A DNA stretch of 64,000 bases from NCBI GenBank assembly GCA_913055735.1, contig CAJXKD010000001.1, forward strand, positions 1,453,099-1,517,098, written 5' to 3'. Position numbers and translations under genes: made by a program. Origin of the DNA: an uncultured Rhodospirillales bacterium. GTDB lineage: Bacteria > Pseudomonadota > Alphaproteobacteria > Rhodospirillales > UBA2165. Shown here piece after piece: positions 28,914 to 37,234 of the stretch. Below the pieces are notes generated by a model that worked only from the letters and a program-made list of their open reading frames with translations, had not been told where the DNA came from and made no database searches. Positions within the stretch are counted from its first letter, which is position 1, and each line of letters starts with the position of its first letter.

Positions 28914-29777
28914 CTAAAGAGCGTTTACGGGCAGCTTCAGGTAAGAGACGCCGTTGTCTTCCGGCGGCGGCATCTGGCCGGCGCGCATATTCACCTGAAC
29001 CGACGGTAACAACAGGTTTGGCATGTCGAGCGTCTTGTCGCGCTCGGTGCGCATCTTGACGAACTCTTCCTCCGTCACGCCGTCATGGATGTGGATGTTC
29101 TTCGCCTTTTCCTCGGCAACGGTGGTTTCCCAGGCGTATTCGTCCCGCCCCGGTGCCTTGTAGTCGTGGCACAAGAACAACCGCGTGTCTTCCGGCAGGG
29201 CGAAGATTTTCTGGATGGACCGATACAGCGTTGCCGCGTCGCCGCCCGGAAAATCGGCACGCGCGGTGCCGTAATCGGGCATGAACAGCGTGTCGCCGAC
29301 GAACGCCGCGTTACCGACCACATAGGTGAGACAGGCCGGTGTGTGGCCGGGCGTATGGATGACGCGAGCTTCGAGGTCGCCGATGGAAAACGTCTCGCCA
29401 TCCCCGAACAGATGGTCGAATTGATCGCCGTTGGTATGGAAAGATTTCTCGGCGTTGAACACCTTGCCGAAGATTTCCTGCACATCGGCAATGTGCGCGC
29501 CGATGGCCGTTTTGCCACCGACCTTCTCTTTGAGATAGGGCGCTGCGCTCAGATGATCGGCATGGGCATGGGTCTCGAGGATCCAGTCGACGGTCAGCCC
29601 CTGATCTTTGACGAAGGTGATGATTTCATCGGCGGACGCGGTGGTCGTCCGGCCGGAATTCCGGTCGAAATCAAGCACGGAATCGATAATCGCGGCGCGT
29701 TTGCCTTTCGGGTCCCAAACCACATAGGAGACCGTATAGGTGGGTTCGTCGAAAAACGCTTTGACTTCGGGATTCAT
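28914..29777 (-). CDS. MBL-fold metallo-hydrolase, persulfide-dioxygenase (Blh/ETHE1-like) type
   Basis: 287 aa with ETHAHADHLSAA (HxHxDH), HTPGHTP and VGDTLFMPDYGTARADFPGG. It is divergent from a BigR/SqrR-like regulator. Confidence 0.8.
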   Translation of the reverse strand: MNPEVKAFFDEPTYTVSYVVWDPKGKRAAIIDSVLDFDRNSGRTTTASADEIITFVKDQGLTVDWILETHAHADHLSAAPYLKEKVGGKTAIGAHIADVQEIFGKVFNAEKSFHTNGDQFDHLFGDGETFSIGDLEARVIHTPGHTPACLTYVVGNAAFVGDTLFMPDYGTARADFPGGDAATLYRSIQKIFALPEDTRLFLCHDYKAPGRDEYAWETTVAEEKAKNIHIHDGVTEEEFVKMRTERDKTLDMPNLLLPSVQVNMRAGQMPPPEDNGVSYLKLPVNAL

Positions 29778-29831
29778 GCTTCACCTCTTGCTTTGCCTCA
29801 AACGGCGGCTGTTCGTGCGTTCTCTTTACAC

Positions 29832-29864
29832 TTGACATATATTCTAATTTGCATATATTTGCAA
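29832..29864. promoter_or_regulatory. face-to-face overlapping divergent promoters and probable operator (blh-like gene <-> arsR-ygaP-sulP)
   Basis: Plus strand: TTGACA(29832-37)-N16-TATATT(29854-59). Minus strand: TTGCAA(29864-59)-N17-TATATG(29841-36). CATATATT occurs twice, 16 bp apart. Confidence 0.4.
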
Positions 29865-29866
29865 GT

Positions 29867-30214
29867 ATGATTATTGATCGTATGGAGCGGACGGCCGATC
29901 AGATTAGCGACCTGATGAAAGTCCTTTCTAATCAGACGCGGCTCCTGATTTTGTGCCAATTGGTGGACGGTGAAAAGTCTGTCGGCGAATTGGCGCATCT
30001 TCTGAATGCCCGCGAACAGGCGGTATCGCAACAGTTGGCCTTGCTGCGCAAGGACGGCTTGGTGCGGGGCCGGCGGCAGGGACAGGTGGTGTTCTATTCC
30101 GTCGCCCGCGACGACGTCGCGCCTTTAATGAATTTTCTTCACGACACATATTGTATGGTGCCCCCACATTCCTTGCAGGCGCCTTCCCCAAAGGAGAATA
30201 AACATGTCCGATAA
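29867..30214 (+). CDS. ArsR/SmtB-family regulator, two-Cys BigR/SqrR-like (copy 1)
   Basis: ORF 29849 (TTG)..30214 trimmed to ATG 29867 (MIIDRMERT...). It has a wHTH (SVGELAHLLNAREQAVSQQLALLRKDGLV). Cys30 (LILC) and Cys96 (TYC) are 66 residues apart. Confidence 0.85.
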   Translation: MIIDRMERTADQISDLMKVLSNQTRLLILCQLVDGEKSVGELAHLLNAREQAVSQQLALLRKDGLVRGRRQGQVVFYSVARDDVAPLMNFLHDTYCMVPPHSLQAPSPKENKHVR

Positions 30215-30767
30215 GACAATGCAGGAGGTCACACCGGAAACCCTGAAAAGCTGGTTGGATGACGACAAGGCGGTGCTCATCGACATTCGCGAGCCTGACG
30301 AGTTTACGCGCGAACATATTCCCGGTGCGCGGCTGGTGCCTCTTTCCGGCTTCAATCCCGATGACTTTCCGCACGATCATGAAAAGGCCGGTGTTTTCTA
30401 TTGCCACATGGGCGACCGTACCGCGCGCAACGCCGCGCGCATCCTGGCGACCGGGTTTACCCAGGTCTATCAGCTGCAGGGCGGTGTACAGGCCTGGAAG
30501 CGGTCGGGTCTTCCTCTCAACGTAAACAAGAAGGCTCCATTGGCGATCATGCGTCAGGTTCAGATCACGGCGGGTTCGCTTGCCTTGCTTGGCGCTATTC
30601 TCGCCTGGTTCGTCTCGCCTTGGTTCATCATCCTCAGCGGCTTTGTCGGCGCCGGGTTGATTTTCGCGGGCGTTACCGGCGAATGTCCCATGGCGGCGAT
30701 GCTGCAACGGATGCCGTGGAACCAGAACGTGGGCGTAACAGATACGGCTCACGGCGCAACAGCTTAG
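30204..30767 (+). CDS. rhodanese-domain membrane protein (YgaP-like, rhodanese + DUF2892)
   Basis: Active-site loop is FYCHMGDRT. The C-terminal two-helix segment ends in GECPMAAML. RBS is AAGGAG. The start overlaps the arsR stop by 11 nt. Confidence 0.85.
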   Translation: MSDKTMQEVTPETLKSWLDDDKAVLIDIREPDEFTREHIPGARLVPLSGFNPDDFPHDHEKAGVFYCHMGDRTARNAARILATGFTQVYQLQGGVQAWKRSGLPLNVNKKAPLAIMRQVQITAGSLALLGAILAWFVSPWFIILSGFVGAGLIFAGVTGECPMAAMLQRMPWNQNVGVTDTAHGATA

Positions 30768-30789
30768 ATAGCGCGGCGGGGCGCCCATT

Positions 30790-32517
30790 ATGACGTTGCG
30801 GACGATGGGGCGGTTTCTGCCCATCGTGCAGTGGCTGCCCCGTTATCGACGTGCCGATTTGTCGGCCGATACGTTGGCTGGTTTGATCGTCGCCATCATG
30901 CTGGTCCCGCAGGGCATGGCCTATGCCTTGCTTGCCGGCATGCCCCCGGAAACCGGTCTCTATGCCAGCATCGTTCCCTTGATCCTTTATGGCTTGCTCG
31001 GCAGCAGCCGGGCGCTGGCCGTGGGGCCGGTCGCCATCGTTTCGTTGATGGTAGCAAGCGCCGTCGGCGGCCTTGCCGAGACGGGCAGCGACGCATATCT
31101 TGCCGCCGCGCTGCTCCTGGCATTGCTCAGCGGGGTGCTGCTCATTGCCATGGGTGCCGCGCGACTCGGTTTCCTGGTCAATTTCATCAGTCATCCCGTC
31201 ATCTCCGGCTTCATCAGCGCGGCGGCACTGGTCATTGCGCTCAGCCAACTGAAGTACCTGTTGGGGCTCGACATTCCGCGCAGCCACCTGATCACCGATA
31301 CGCTGGCCTTCGCCGTACGTCACGTGGGGGACATCAACTGGGTGACCGCGGCGATCAGCGTCGCGGCGATTGCGTTGCTCGTCTATTGGGGGCCGGTAAC
31401 AAATGCCGTGCTTGGACGGATGGGCATCGGCCAGACGACGTGTGTGGCGGTATCGCGGGCGAGCCCCCTCGCCGCCGTGCTGGTCTCGACCGTTGTCGTT
31501 TGGGCGTTCCGCTTCGATCTCAGCGTCGGTGTGCGTATTGTCGGGGACATTCCGGCCGGACTGCCGCCGTTGACCATGCCGCCTTTTGACAGCGCGTTGT
31601 GGCTGGATCTGTTGCCCGCGGCCGCGCTGATCACCATCGTCGGCTTTCTCGAAAGCGTGTCCATCGCCAAGGCGCTGGCCAGCAAGCGCCGTCAGAAGAT
31701 CGACGCCAATCAGGAACTGGTGGCTTTGGGTGTCGCCAATCTCGGGGCGGCGTTCACCGGCGCTTATCCGGTTGCTGGCGGCTTCGGCCGGTCCATGGTC
31801 AATTTCACCGCCGGTGCGGTGACGCCCATTGCGTCCATCGTTACCGCGATTCTGATCGCGCTCTCCATTCTCGTGTTCACGCCCCTGTTCTATTTCCTGC
31901 CGACGGCGGTTCTGTCGGCGGTGATCGTCGTCGCGGTGGCGCGTTTGGTCGATGTCGCGACGTTGCGGCACGCCTGGGTTTACAACAAAGCGGATGCGGC
32001 CTCCCTCATCGCGACCTTCTTTGCCGTTTTGTCGCTCGGGGTCGAAATTGGCATCGTTACCGGGATCGGCCTGTCCCTGGTGTTGTATCTCTATCGCACC
32101 AGTAAGCCGCATGTCGCCATCGTCGGCCGCGTTGGTTCAAGCGAGCATTTCCGCAATGTTCTGCGCCATCAAGTACGCACCTGCCCCCACGTGTTGGCCA
32201 TGCGTATCGACGAAAGCCTCTATTTCGCCAACACCAACTATCTTGAGGACTATCTCCTGGCGAAGGTGGCCGACGATCGGCGCATCAAGCACGTCGTGCT
32301 GATTTGCAGCGCCATCAATTTCATCGATACCAGTGCCCTCGAGTCCCTCTTCCGGGTGATCAGCGAGCTAAAGGATGCCGGCGTTACGTTGCACCTGGCC
32401 GAGGTGAAGGGCCCGGTGATGGACCGCCTCAAAAAGACCGAGCTGTTGGATCATCTCCTGCCGGGTAAGGTGTTCCTGAGCACCCATGAGGCGATGACCG
32501 ACCTCGATTGCGTCTAA
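30790..32517 (+). CDS. SulP-family anion permease with C-terminal STAS domain
   Basis: 575 aa with WLPRYRRADLSADTLAGLIVAIMLVPQGMAYALLAG (SulP signature) and a STAS tail (...LHLAEVKGPVMDRLKK...). Confidence 0.9.
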   Translation: MTLRTMGRFLPIVQWLPRYRRADLSADTLAGLIVAIMLVPQGMAYALLAGMPPETGLYASIVPLILYGLLGSSRALAVGPVAIVSLMVASAVGGLAETGSDAYLAAALLLALLSGVLLIAMGAARLGFLVNFISHPVISGFISAAALVIALSQLKYLLGLDIPRSHLITDTLAFAVRHVGDINWVTAAISVAAIALLVYWGPVTNAVLGRMGIGQTTCVAVSRASPLAAVLVSTVVVWAFRFDLSVGVRIVGDIPAGLPPLTMPPFDSALWLDLLPAAALITIVGFLESVSIAKALASKRRQKIDANQELVALGVANLGAAFTGAYPVAGGFGRSMVNFTAGAVTPIASIVTAILIALSILVFTPLFYFLPTAVLSAVIVVAVARLVDVATLRHAWVYNKADAASLIATFFAVLSLGVEIGIVTGIGLSLVLYLYRTSKPHVAIVGRVGSSEHFRNVLRHQVRTCPHVLAMRIDESLYFANTNYLEDYLLAKVADDRRIKHVVLICSAINFIDTSALESLFRVISELKDAGVTLHLAEVKGPVMDRLKKTELLDHLLPGKVFLSTHEAMTDLDCV

Positions 32518-32606
32518 AAGGTCCGATTCCGGAATAGCCTTTGCTTGAAATAATTGGGTCGCTTGACCACTATGGCGGCGCGATAACAAATCACTGGGGA
32601 AAAACG

Positions 32607-33653
32607 ATGCTTGCCGACCGCATCGAAGGAAAATGGATCGATACCTTCGCTAAGGTATTCGAGCTTTGCAAAGTCGAAAAAGGCGAGGAAATCGCCATTT
32701 TATCGGAAACCCAATCCCGTCAATTGAATGTCCATCTGGCCGAACTCGCCCTATTGCGCCTGGGCGCACGGCCCTTCCATGTCATCGTGCCGACCCCGCC
32801 GCAAGCCGCGCCGGTGCCGGTGCGTTCCACCGGCGCGTCCGATGCGGTGCGTCAGTTGGGCCCGGTGGTGAAGGCTTTGGCCGCAAGTTCGATGGTTGTC
32901 GATCTTACGGTCGAGGGCATGCTGCATGCGCCCGAACTGCCCGCCATTATCGCCGATGATGCGCGGGTGCTGATGATTTCCAATGAACATCCCGAGGCAC
33001 TCGAACGTTTGCTGCCCGATCCCGCGTTGACCGAAAAGGTCAAAGCGGCGGTCAAGAAAATGCGCGGGGCCAAGCAGATGAAAGTCACGTCCACCGCGGG
33101 TACCGATCTCACCATCGGTATCGAGGGCGCGCCCAGCGCCGGGGTGTGGGGCTATTGCGACCGGCCCAAAACGGTGGCCCATTGGCCGGGCGGCATCGTC
33201 GTCGCTTTCCCGCCCGCCCACTCGGTCAACGGCACGCTGGTGCTCGATGCGGGTGACATCAACCTCACCTTCAAGCGCTACCTGCAGGACCCGGTGCGGC
33301 TGACCATCGAGGACGATTTCGTCACCGACATCGCAGGCGAGGGTACCGACGCCGAATTGTTCCGCCGCTATTGGGCGGCGTGGGGCGACAAAGAAGCCTA
33401 CGGCGTGTCGCATGTCGGCTGGGGCCTCAATCCGGCGGCCCGCTACGAAGCCATGGCCATGTACGATCAGCGCGATTTCAACGGTACCGAACTGCGTGCC
33501 TTTGCCGGCAATTTCCTCTATTCGACGGGCGCCAACGAGTTCGCCAAGCGTCACACGTTGGGCCATTTCGATCTGCCGGTGCGGGGGTGTACGGTTACCC
33601 TTGACGGCGAGGCGGTGGTGGAGAACGGCGATCTCGTCGACGGCAGCGAATGA
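32607..33653 (+). CDS. NicX-like (M29-fold) 2,5-dihydroxypyridine-type ring-cleavage dioxygenase
   Basis: ORF 32541..33653 trimmed to ATG 32607. The blocks GTLVLDAGDINLTFKRY, VSHVGWGLNP, FAGNFLYSTGAN and GHFDLPVRGC parallel the NicX His/Ser/His/Asp iron site, as recalled from P. putida NicX. Confidence 0.75.
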   Translation: MLADRIEGKWIDTFAKVFELCKVEKGEEIAILSETQSRQLNVHLAELALLRLGARPFHVIVPTPPQAAPVPVRSTGASDAVRQLGPVVKALAASSMVVDLTVEGMLHAPELPAIIADDARVLMISNEHPEALERLLPDPALTEKVKAAVKKMRGAKQMKVTSTAGTDLTIGIEGAPSAGVWGYCDRPKTVAHWPGGIVVAFPPAHSVNGTLVLDAGDINLTFKRYLQDPVRLTIEDDFVTDIAGEGTDAELFRRYWAAWGDKEAYGVSHVGWGLNPAARYEAMAMYDQRDFNGTELRAFAGNFLYSTGANEFAKRHTLGHFDLPVRGCTVTLDGEAVVENGDLVDGSE

Positions 33654-34426
33654 GTTTTCCCATCACATATATCGAGGCCGGCAGCGGCCCGGCAGTGATT
33701 TTCCTGCATGGCATCGGCGGCGACGCGGAGGCTTTCTCAAAGCAGGTGGATTACTTCGCCCGCGAACATCGGGCCATTGCCTGGAACATGCCCGGCTATC
33801 GCGGCTCCGACCTGCTCGATCCCATGACTTTCCCCGGGCTTGCGAAGGCGCTGCTGTCGCTGATGGATCATCTCGGCATCGACAAGGCCCATGTGGTCGG
33901 CCATTCCATCGGCGGCATGATCGCCCTCGAGTTCGCCGCGACCTATCCCGACCGGGTGCTCAGCGTCGTGCTTGCGCAGACCAGCCCCGCCTTCGGCCGC
34001 CCCGACGGCGACTTCCAGAAACAGTTCATTGCCGACCGGCTCGGGCCCCTCGACGCGGGCCAGACCATGGCCGAGATCGCCGACGAGGTGATCGCCACTT
34101 TTTTCGGCCCCAACGCGGCGCCCGCCGATATCGAAGTGGCGCGCAAGGCGATGGCCGCGGTGCCGGAGGCAACCTATCGCGCGGCCATGCATTGCCTGGT
34201 CGCCTTTGATCGGCGTGATGCCTTGTCGAACCTATCGGTGCCCACGCTCGTGCTCGCCGGCGAAAAGGACAGCAACGCCCCCGCGCCGATGATGGAGCGC
34301 ATGGCGGGCAAGATCCCCGGCGCCGAATACGCCTGCATGGCTGGGGCCGGCCATCTCGCCAATCTTGAATGTCCCGAGGCGTTCAACGACGCCATCGGCA
34401 GTTTCATAAACAAACTCAAAAACTGA
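33650..34426 (+). CDS. alpha/beta-fold hydrolase (NicD-like deformylase candidate)
   Basis: 258 aa with VIFLHGIGG, nucleophile elbow GHSIGG, and C-terminal AGHLANLE. An ATGA start/stop overlap joins it to the upstream gene. Confidence 0.8.
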   Translation: MSFPITYIEAGSGPAVIFLHGIGGDAEAFSKQVDYFAREHRAIAWNMPGYRGSDLLDPMTFPGLAKALLSLMDHLGIDKAHVVGHSIGGMIALEFAATYPDRVLSVVLAQTSPAFGRPDGDFQKQFIADRLGPLDAGQTMAEIADEVIATFFGPNAAPADIEVARKAMAAVPEATYRAAMHCLVAFDRRDALSNLSVPTLVLAGEKDSNAPAPMMERMAGKIPGAEYACMAGAGHLANLECPEAFNDAIGSFINKLKN

Positions 34427-34445
34427 TCACCAGGAGACCAGACGC

Positions 34446-35702
34446 ATGGCGCGCGCATCCCTTCCCGTCGATCCCCCCATGTACGACCCGAAGTCGTTCG
34501 GCCTGACCAAGAAACAGGCCCAACTGACGGCCAAGGCCCGCAAGCTGGGCGCCGAGAAATTCGCGCCGCGTGCCGACAAGTGGGATCGTGAAGCCATCTT
34601 TCCCATGGAGAACTACAAGGATCTGCACAAAGCAGGCTTTCTCGGCATTTGTGTGCCGGAGAAGCATGGCGGTATCGGCGCGGATTACATGACCTATGCG
34701 CTGACGGCGGCGGAAATCGGCCGCTATTGCGGCACCACCTCGCTTACTTGGAACATGCACGTCAGTTCGTGTTTGTGGACCGGCGATCTCGCCGACGATC
34801 TCAAGATGACGGCGGCGCAACGCAAATCACACAACCGCCGCCGCGCCATTCACTACAAGCGCATCGTCGAGGACGGGGCCATTTACGCGCAGCCCTTTTC
34901 CGAAGGCGGTGCCGCGGCGGCCGGCGCCGCGCCGTTCGGCACCACGGCGACAAAGACCAAAGGCGGCTGGCTGATCAACGGCAAGAAGATTTTCGCTTCC
35001 CTCGCCGGGTCGGCGGACTATTACGGCGTGTTGTGCACGGAGAAGAAACCCAACCTGTCGCGCCGCGACACCATGTATGTGGCGGTGCCCGGCGATGCGG
35101 AGGGCGTGTCGGTCGTCGGCGATTGGGATCCGCTGGGTATGCGCGGCACCGTGTCGCGTAACCTGCTGTTTGACAATGTGTTCGTTCCCGATGATGCGGC
35201 GCTGATGCCCAAGGGCGTTTATTTCCTCGCCGCCACCCGCTGGCCGCACATGTTCCTCACGCTGACACCCACCTATATGGGTATCGCTCAGGCGGCCTAT
35301 GATTTCACGGTGAAGTATCTGCGCGGCGAAGCGCCGAACACGCCGCCCGTAAAACGTCGCATGTATCCGACCAAGCAGCACGCGATCGCCGAGATGCACA
35401 TGAAGCTGGAGCAGACCAAGGCGATTTGGTTCCAGGCCATCCGCGAGGCTGGCCCCAACCCGACCAAGGAACAGATATTGCGTGCCTACACGGCGCAATA
35501 TTCGGCGATGGAGAATGCCAACGAGCTTTGCCGCCTGGCCATCCGCACCTGCGGTGGGCAGTCGATGCTCAAGAGCCTGCCGCTGGAGCGTCTTTACCGC
35601 GATAGCCGTTGCGGTTCACTGATGTTGCCGTGGACTGCGGAAATCTGCGTCGACCGGCTGGGCCGCGAGGCGCTCTACAATCCGGGCGAAAGCGACGAAT
35701 GA
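34446..35702 (+). CDS. acyl-CoA-dehydrogenase-fold flavoprotein, non-canonical (MCAD-type catalytic Glu not evident)
   Basis: 418 aa with the ACAD N/M/C domain pattern (FLGICVPEKHGGIG..., ...GGQSMLKSLPLERLYRD...). The position of the usual YEGT motif reads LMLPWT. Confidence 0.8.
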   Translation: MARASLPVDPPMYDPKSFGLTKKQAQLTAKARKLGAEKFAPRADKWDREAIFPMENYKDLHKAGFLGICVPEKHGGIGADYMTYALTAAEIGRYCGTTSLTWNMHVSSCLWTGDLADDLKMTAAQRKSHNRRRAIHYKRIVEDGAIYAQPFSEGGAAAAGAAPFGTTATKTKGGWLINGKKIFASLAGSADYYGVLCTEKKPNLSRRDTMYVAVPGDAEGVSVVGDWDPLGMRGTVSRNLLFDNVFVPDDAALMPKGVYFLAATRWPHMFLTLTPTYMGIAQAAYDFTVKYLRGEAPNTPPVKRRMYPTKQHAIAEMHMKLEQTKAIWFQAIREAGPNPTKEQILRAYTAQYSAMENANELCRLAIRTCGGQSMLKSLPLERLYRDSRCGSLMLPWTAEICVDRLGREALYNPGESDE

Positions 35703-37234
35703 CCGATATCTCGCACTGGCTGAAAACGCATGCGGCCTTCGATCCGGAAAAGGTCGCACTGCGTCATGCCGGCGGCGAGGAAACCTACGCGCAGTTTGCT
35801 GATCAGGTTCGATGTCATGCGGCCATGCTGCAGCACGGGCTCGGCATCGGGCGCGGCGATCGTATTGCCTATCTCGGCCCAAATACCGCCGACTTCCTGT
35901 TTCTGTTTTTCGCCGCTGCACGCCTCGGCGCGATGTTTCTACCGCTCAATTGGCGCCTGGCACCGGGGGAACATGCCTATATCATCGCCGATGCGTCACC
36001 CAAGGCGGTGTTCTGCGATGCCAGTTTCATCGAGCATACGGACACTTTTCGGGGCCGGTATCCGACGATCGCCTTTGTCGATTGCAACGGCGGGACCGAC
36101 GGATGGAACTCTTTACGCGGCCTGCTCGATGACACGTCTGGCCAGGACGTGCCCCGATTGGGCGATCTCGCCGATCCCCTGTTGCTGGTCTATACATCAG
36201 GCACTACAGGACGCCCCAAAGGCGCGGTCCTCACCCAAAATGCGGTGCAGGTCAACGCGCTCAATAGCCTCCATATGCACGATCTGCGCAGCGACGACCG
36301 CATCCTCACGATGATCCCGTTGTTTCATGTGGGCGGACTTAATATTCACACGACACCCGCCTTCTATGCCGGCGCAACGGTGACCTTGCATGAACGGTTC
36401 GATCCCGGGATGGCGCTCAAGACTATCGAAGAAGAAAAAATTACCCTCACCGTTATGGTGCCGGCCGTCATTCAGGCGGCGATGAAACACCCAAAATGGG
36501 ACGCGGCCAATCTGTCGTCGTTGCGGATGCTGACCACCGGCTCGTCAATCGTGCCCTTGCCGCTGATCCAGGCGTTCCATGACCTTGGTGTTCCCGTGGT
36601 ACAGGTCTATGGCGCGACGGAAACAGCGCCCGTGGCGATATACCAGCGGGCCGCGGATGGGTTCCGCAAGCCCAGTTCGACCGGGAAGGCAGCGCTTCAC
36701 TGCGACGTACGGGTCGTAGACGACAACGGCCACGATGTGGCGCCCGGCGTATCGGGCGAGATCTGGGTGCGGGGCGGCAATATCCTGCGCGAATACTGGA
36801 ATAATCCCGACGCGACGGCGGCAGCCTTGACCGATGGTTGGTTCCATACCGGTGACGTCGGTTATCTGGATGAGGAAGGCGACTATTTCATCAATGACCG
36901 CAAGAAAGACGTGATTATCTCGGGCGGTGAAAACATTTATCCAGCCGAGGTGGAAGCGGTGCTACACGAAATGACGGAAATTGCCGATGCGGCGGTTGTC
37001 GGCCGAGCCGATGACCGGTGGGGAGAAGTACCAATTGCTGTCGTCGAAGCAAAGGAAGGTGCGCAGATCGACGTGGCCGCGATCCTCGGGCGTTTCGATG
37101 GTGTGCTGGCGCGCTTCAAGCATCCCAAGGACATCATCGTCGTAGACGCACTGCCGCGGAATGCCATGGGCAAGGTGCTGAAATACGAAGTGCGGGGCCT
37201 GGCGGTGAAAAGCCCGGATTACGCTGGGCAATAG
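35699..37234 (+). CDS. AMP-forming acyl-CoA ligase (ANL superfamily)
   Basis: ORF 35609..37234 trimmed to ATG 35699 (ATGA overlap with the ACAD stop). Motifs LLVYTSGTTGRPKG, YGATE, GWFHTGD and ISGGENIYPAEVE are present. Confidence 0.9.
   Translation: MTDISHWLKTHAAFDPEKVALRHAGGEETYAQFADQVRCHAAMLQHGLGIGRGDRIAYLGPNTADFLFLFFAAARLGAMFLPLNWRLAPGEHAYIIADASPKAVFCDASFIEHTDTFRGRYPTIAFVDCNGGTDGWNSLRGLLDDTSGQDVPRLGDLADPLLLVYTSGTTGRPKGAVLTQNAVQVNALNSLHMHDLRSDDRILTMIPLFHVGGLNIHTTPAFYAGATVTLHERFDPGMALKTIEEEKITLTVMVPAVIQAAMKHPKWDAANLSSLRMLTTGSSIVPLPLIQAFHDLGVPVVQVYGATETAPVAIYQRAADGFRKPSSTGKAALHCDVRVVDDNGHDVAPGVSGEIWVRGGNILREYWNNPDATAAALTDGWFHTGDVGYLDEEGDYFINDRKKDVIISGGENIYPAEVEAVLHEMTEIADAAVVGRADDRWGEVPIAVVEAKEGAQIDVAAILGRFDGVLARFKHPKDIIVVDALPRNAMGKVLKYEVRGLAVKSPDYAGQ

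Noticed and set aside
30673-32112. 479-aa minus-strand ORF rich in R/D/G/H/Q.
   Set aside because: It is antisense to the well-supported SulP permease. The composition is highly biased and no motifs are present.
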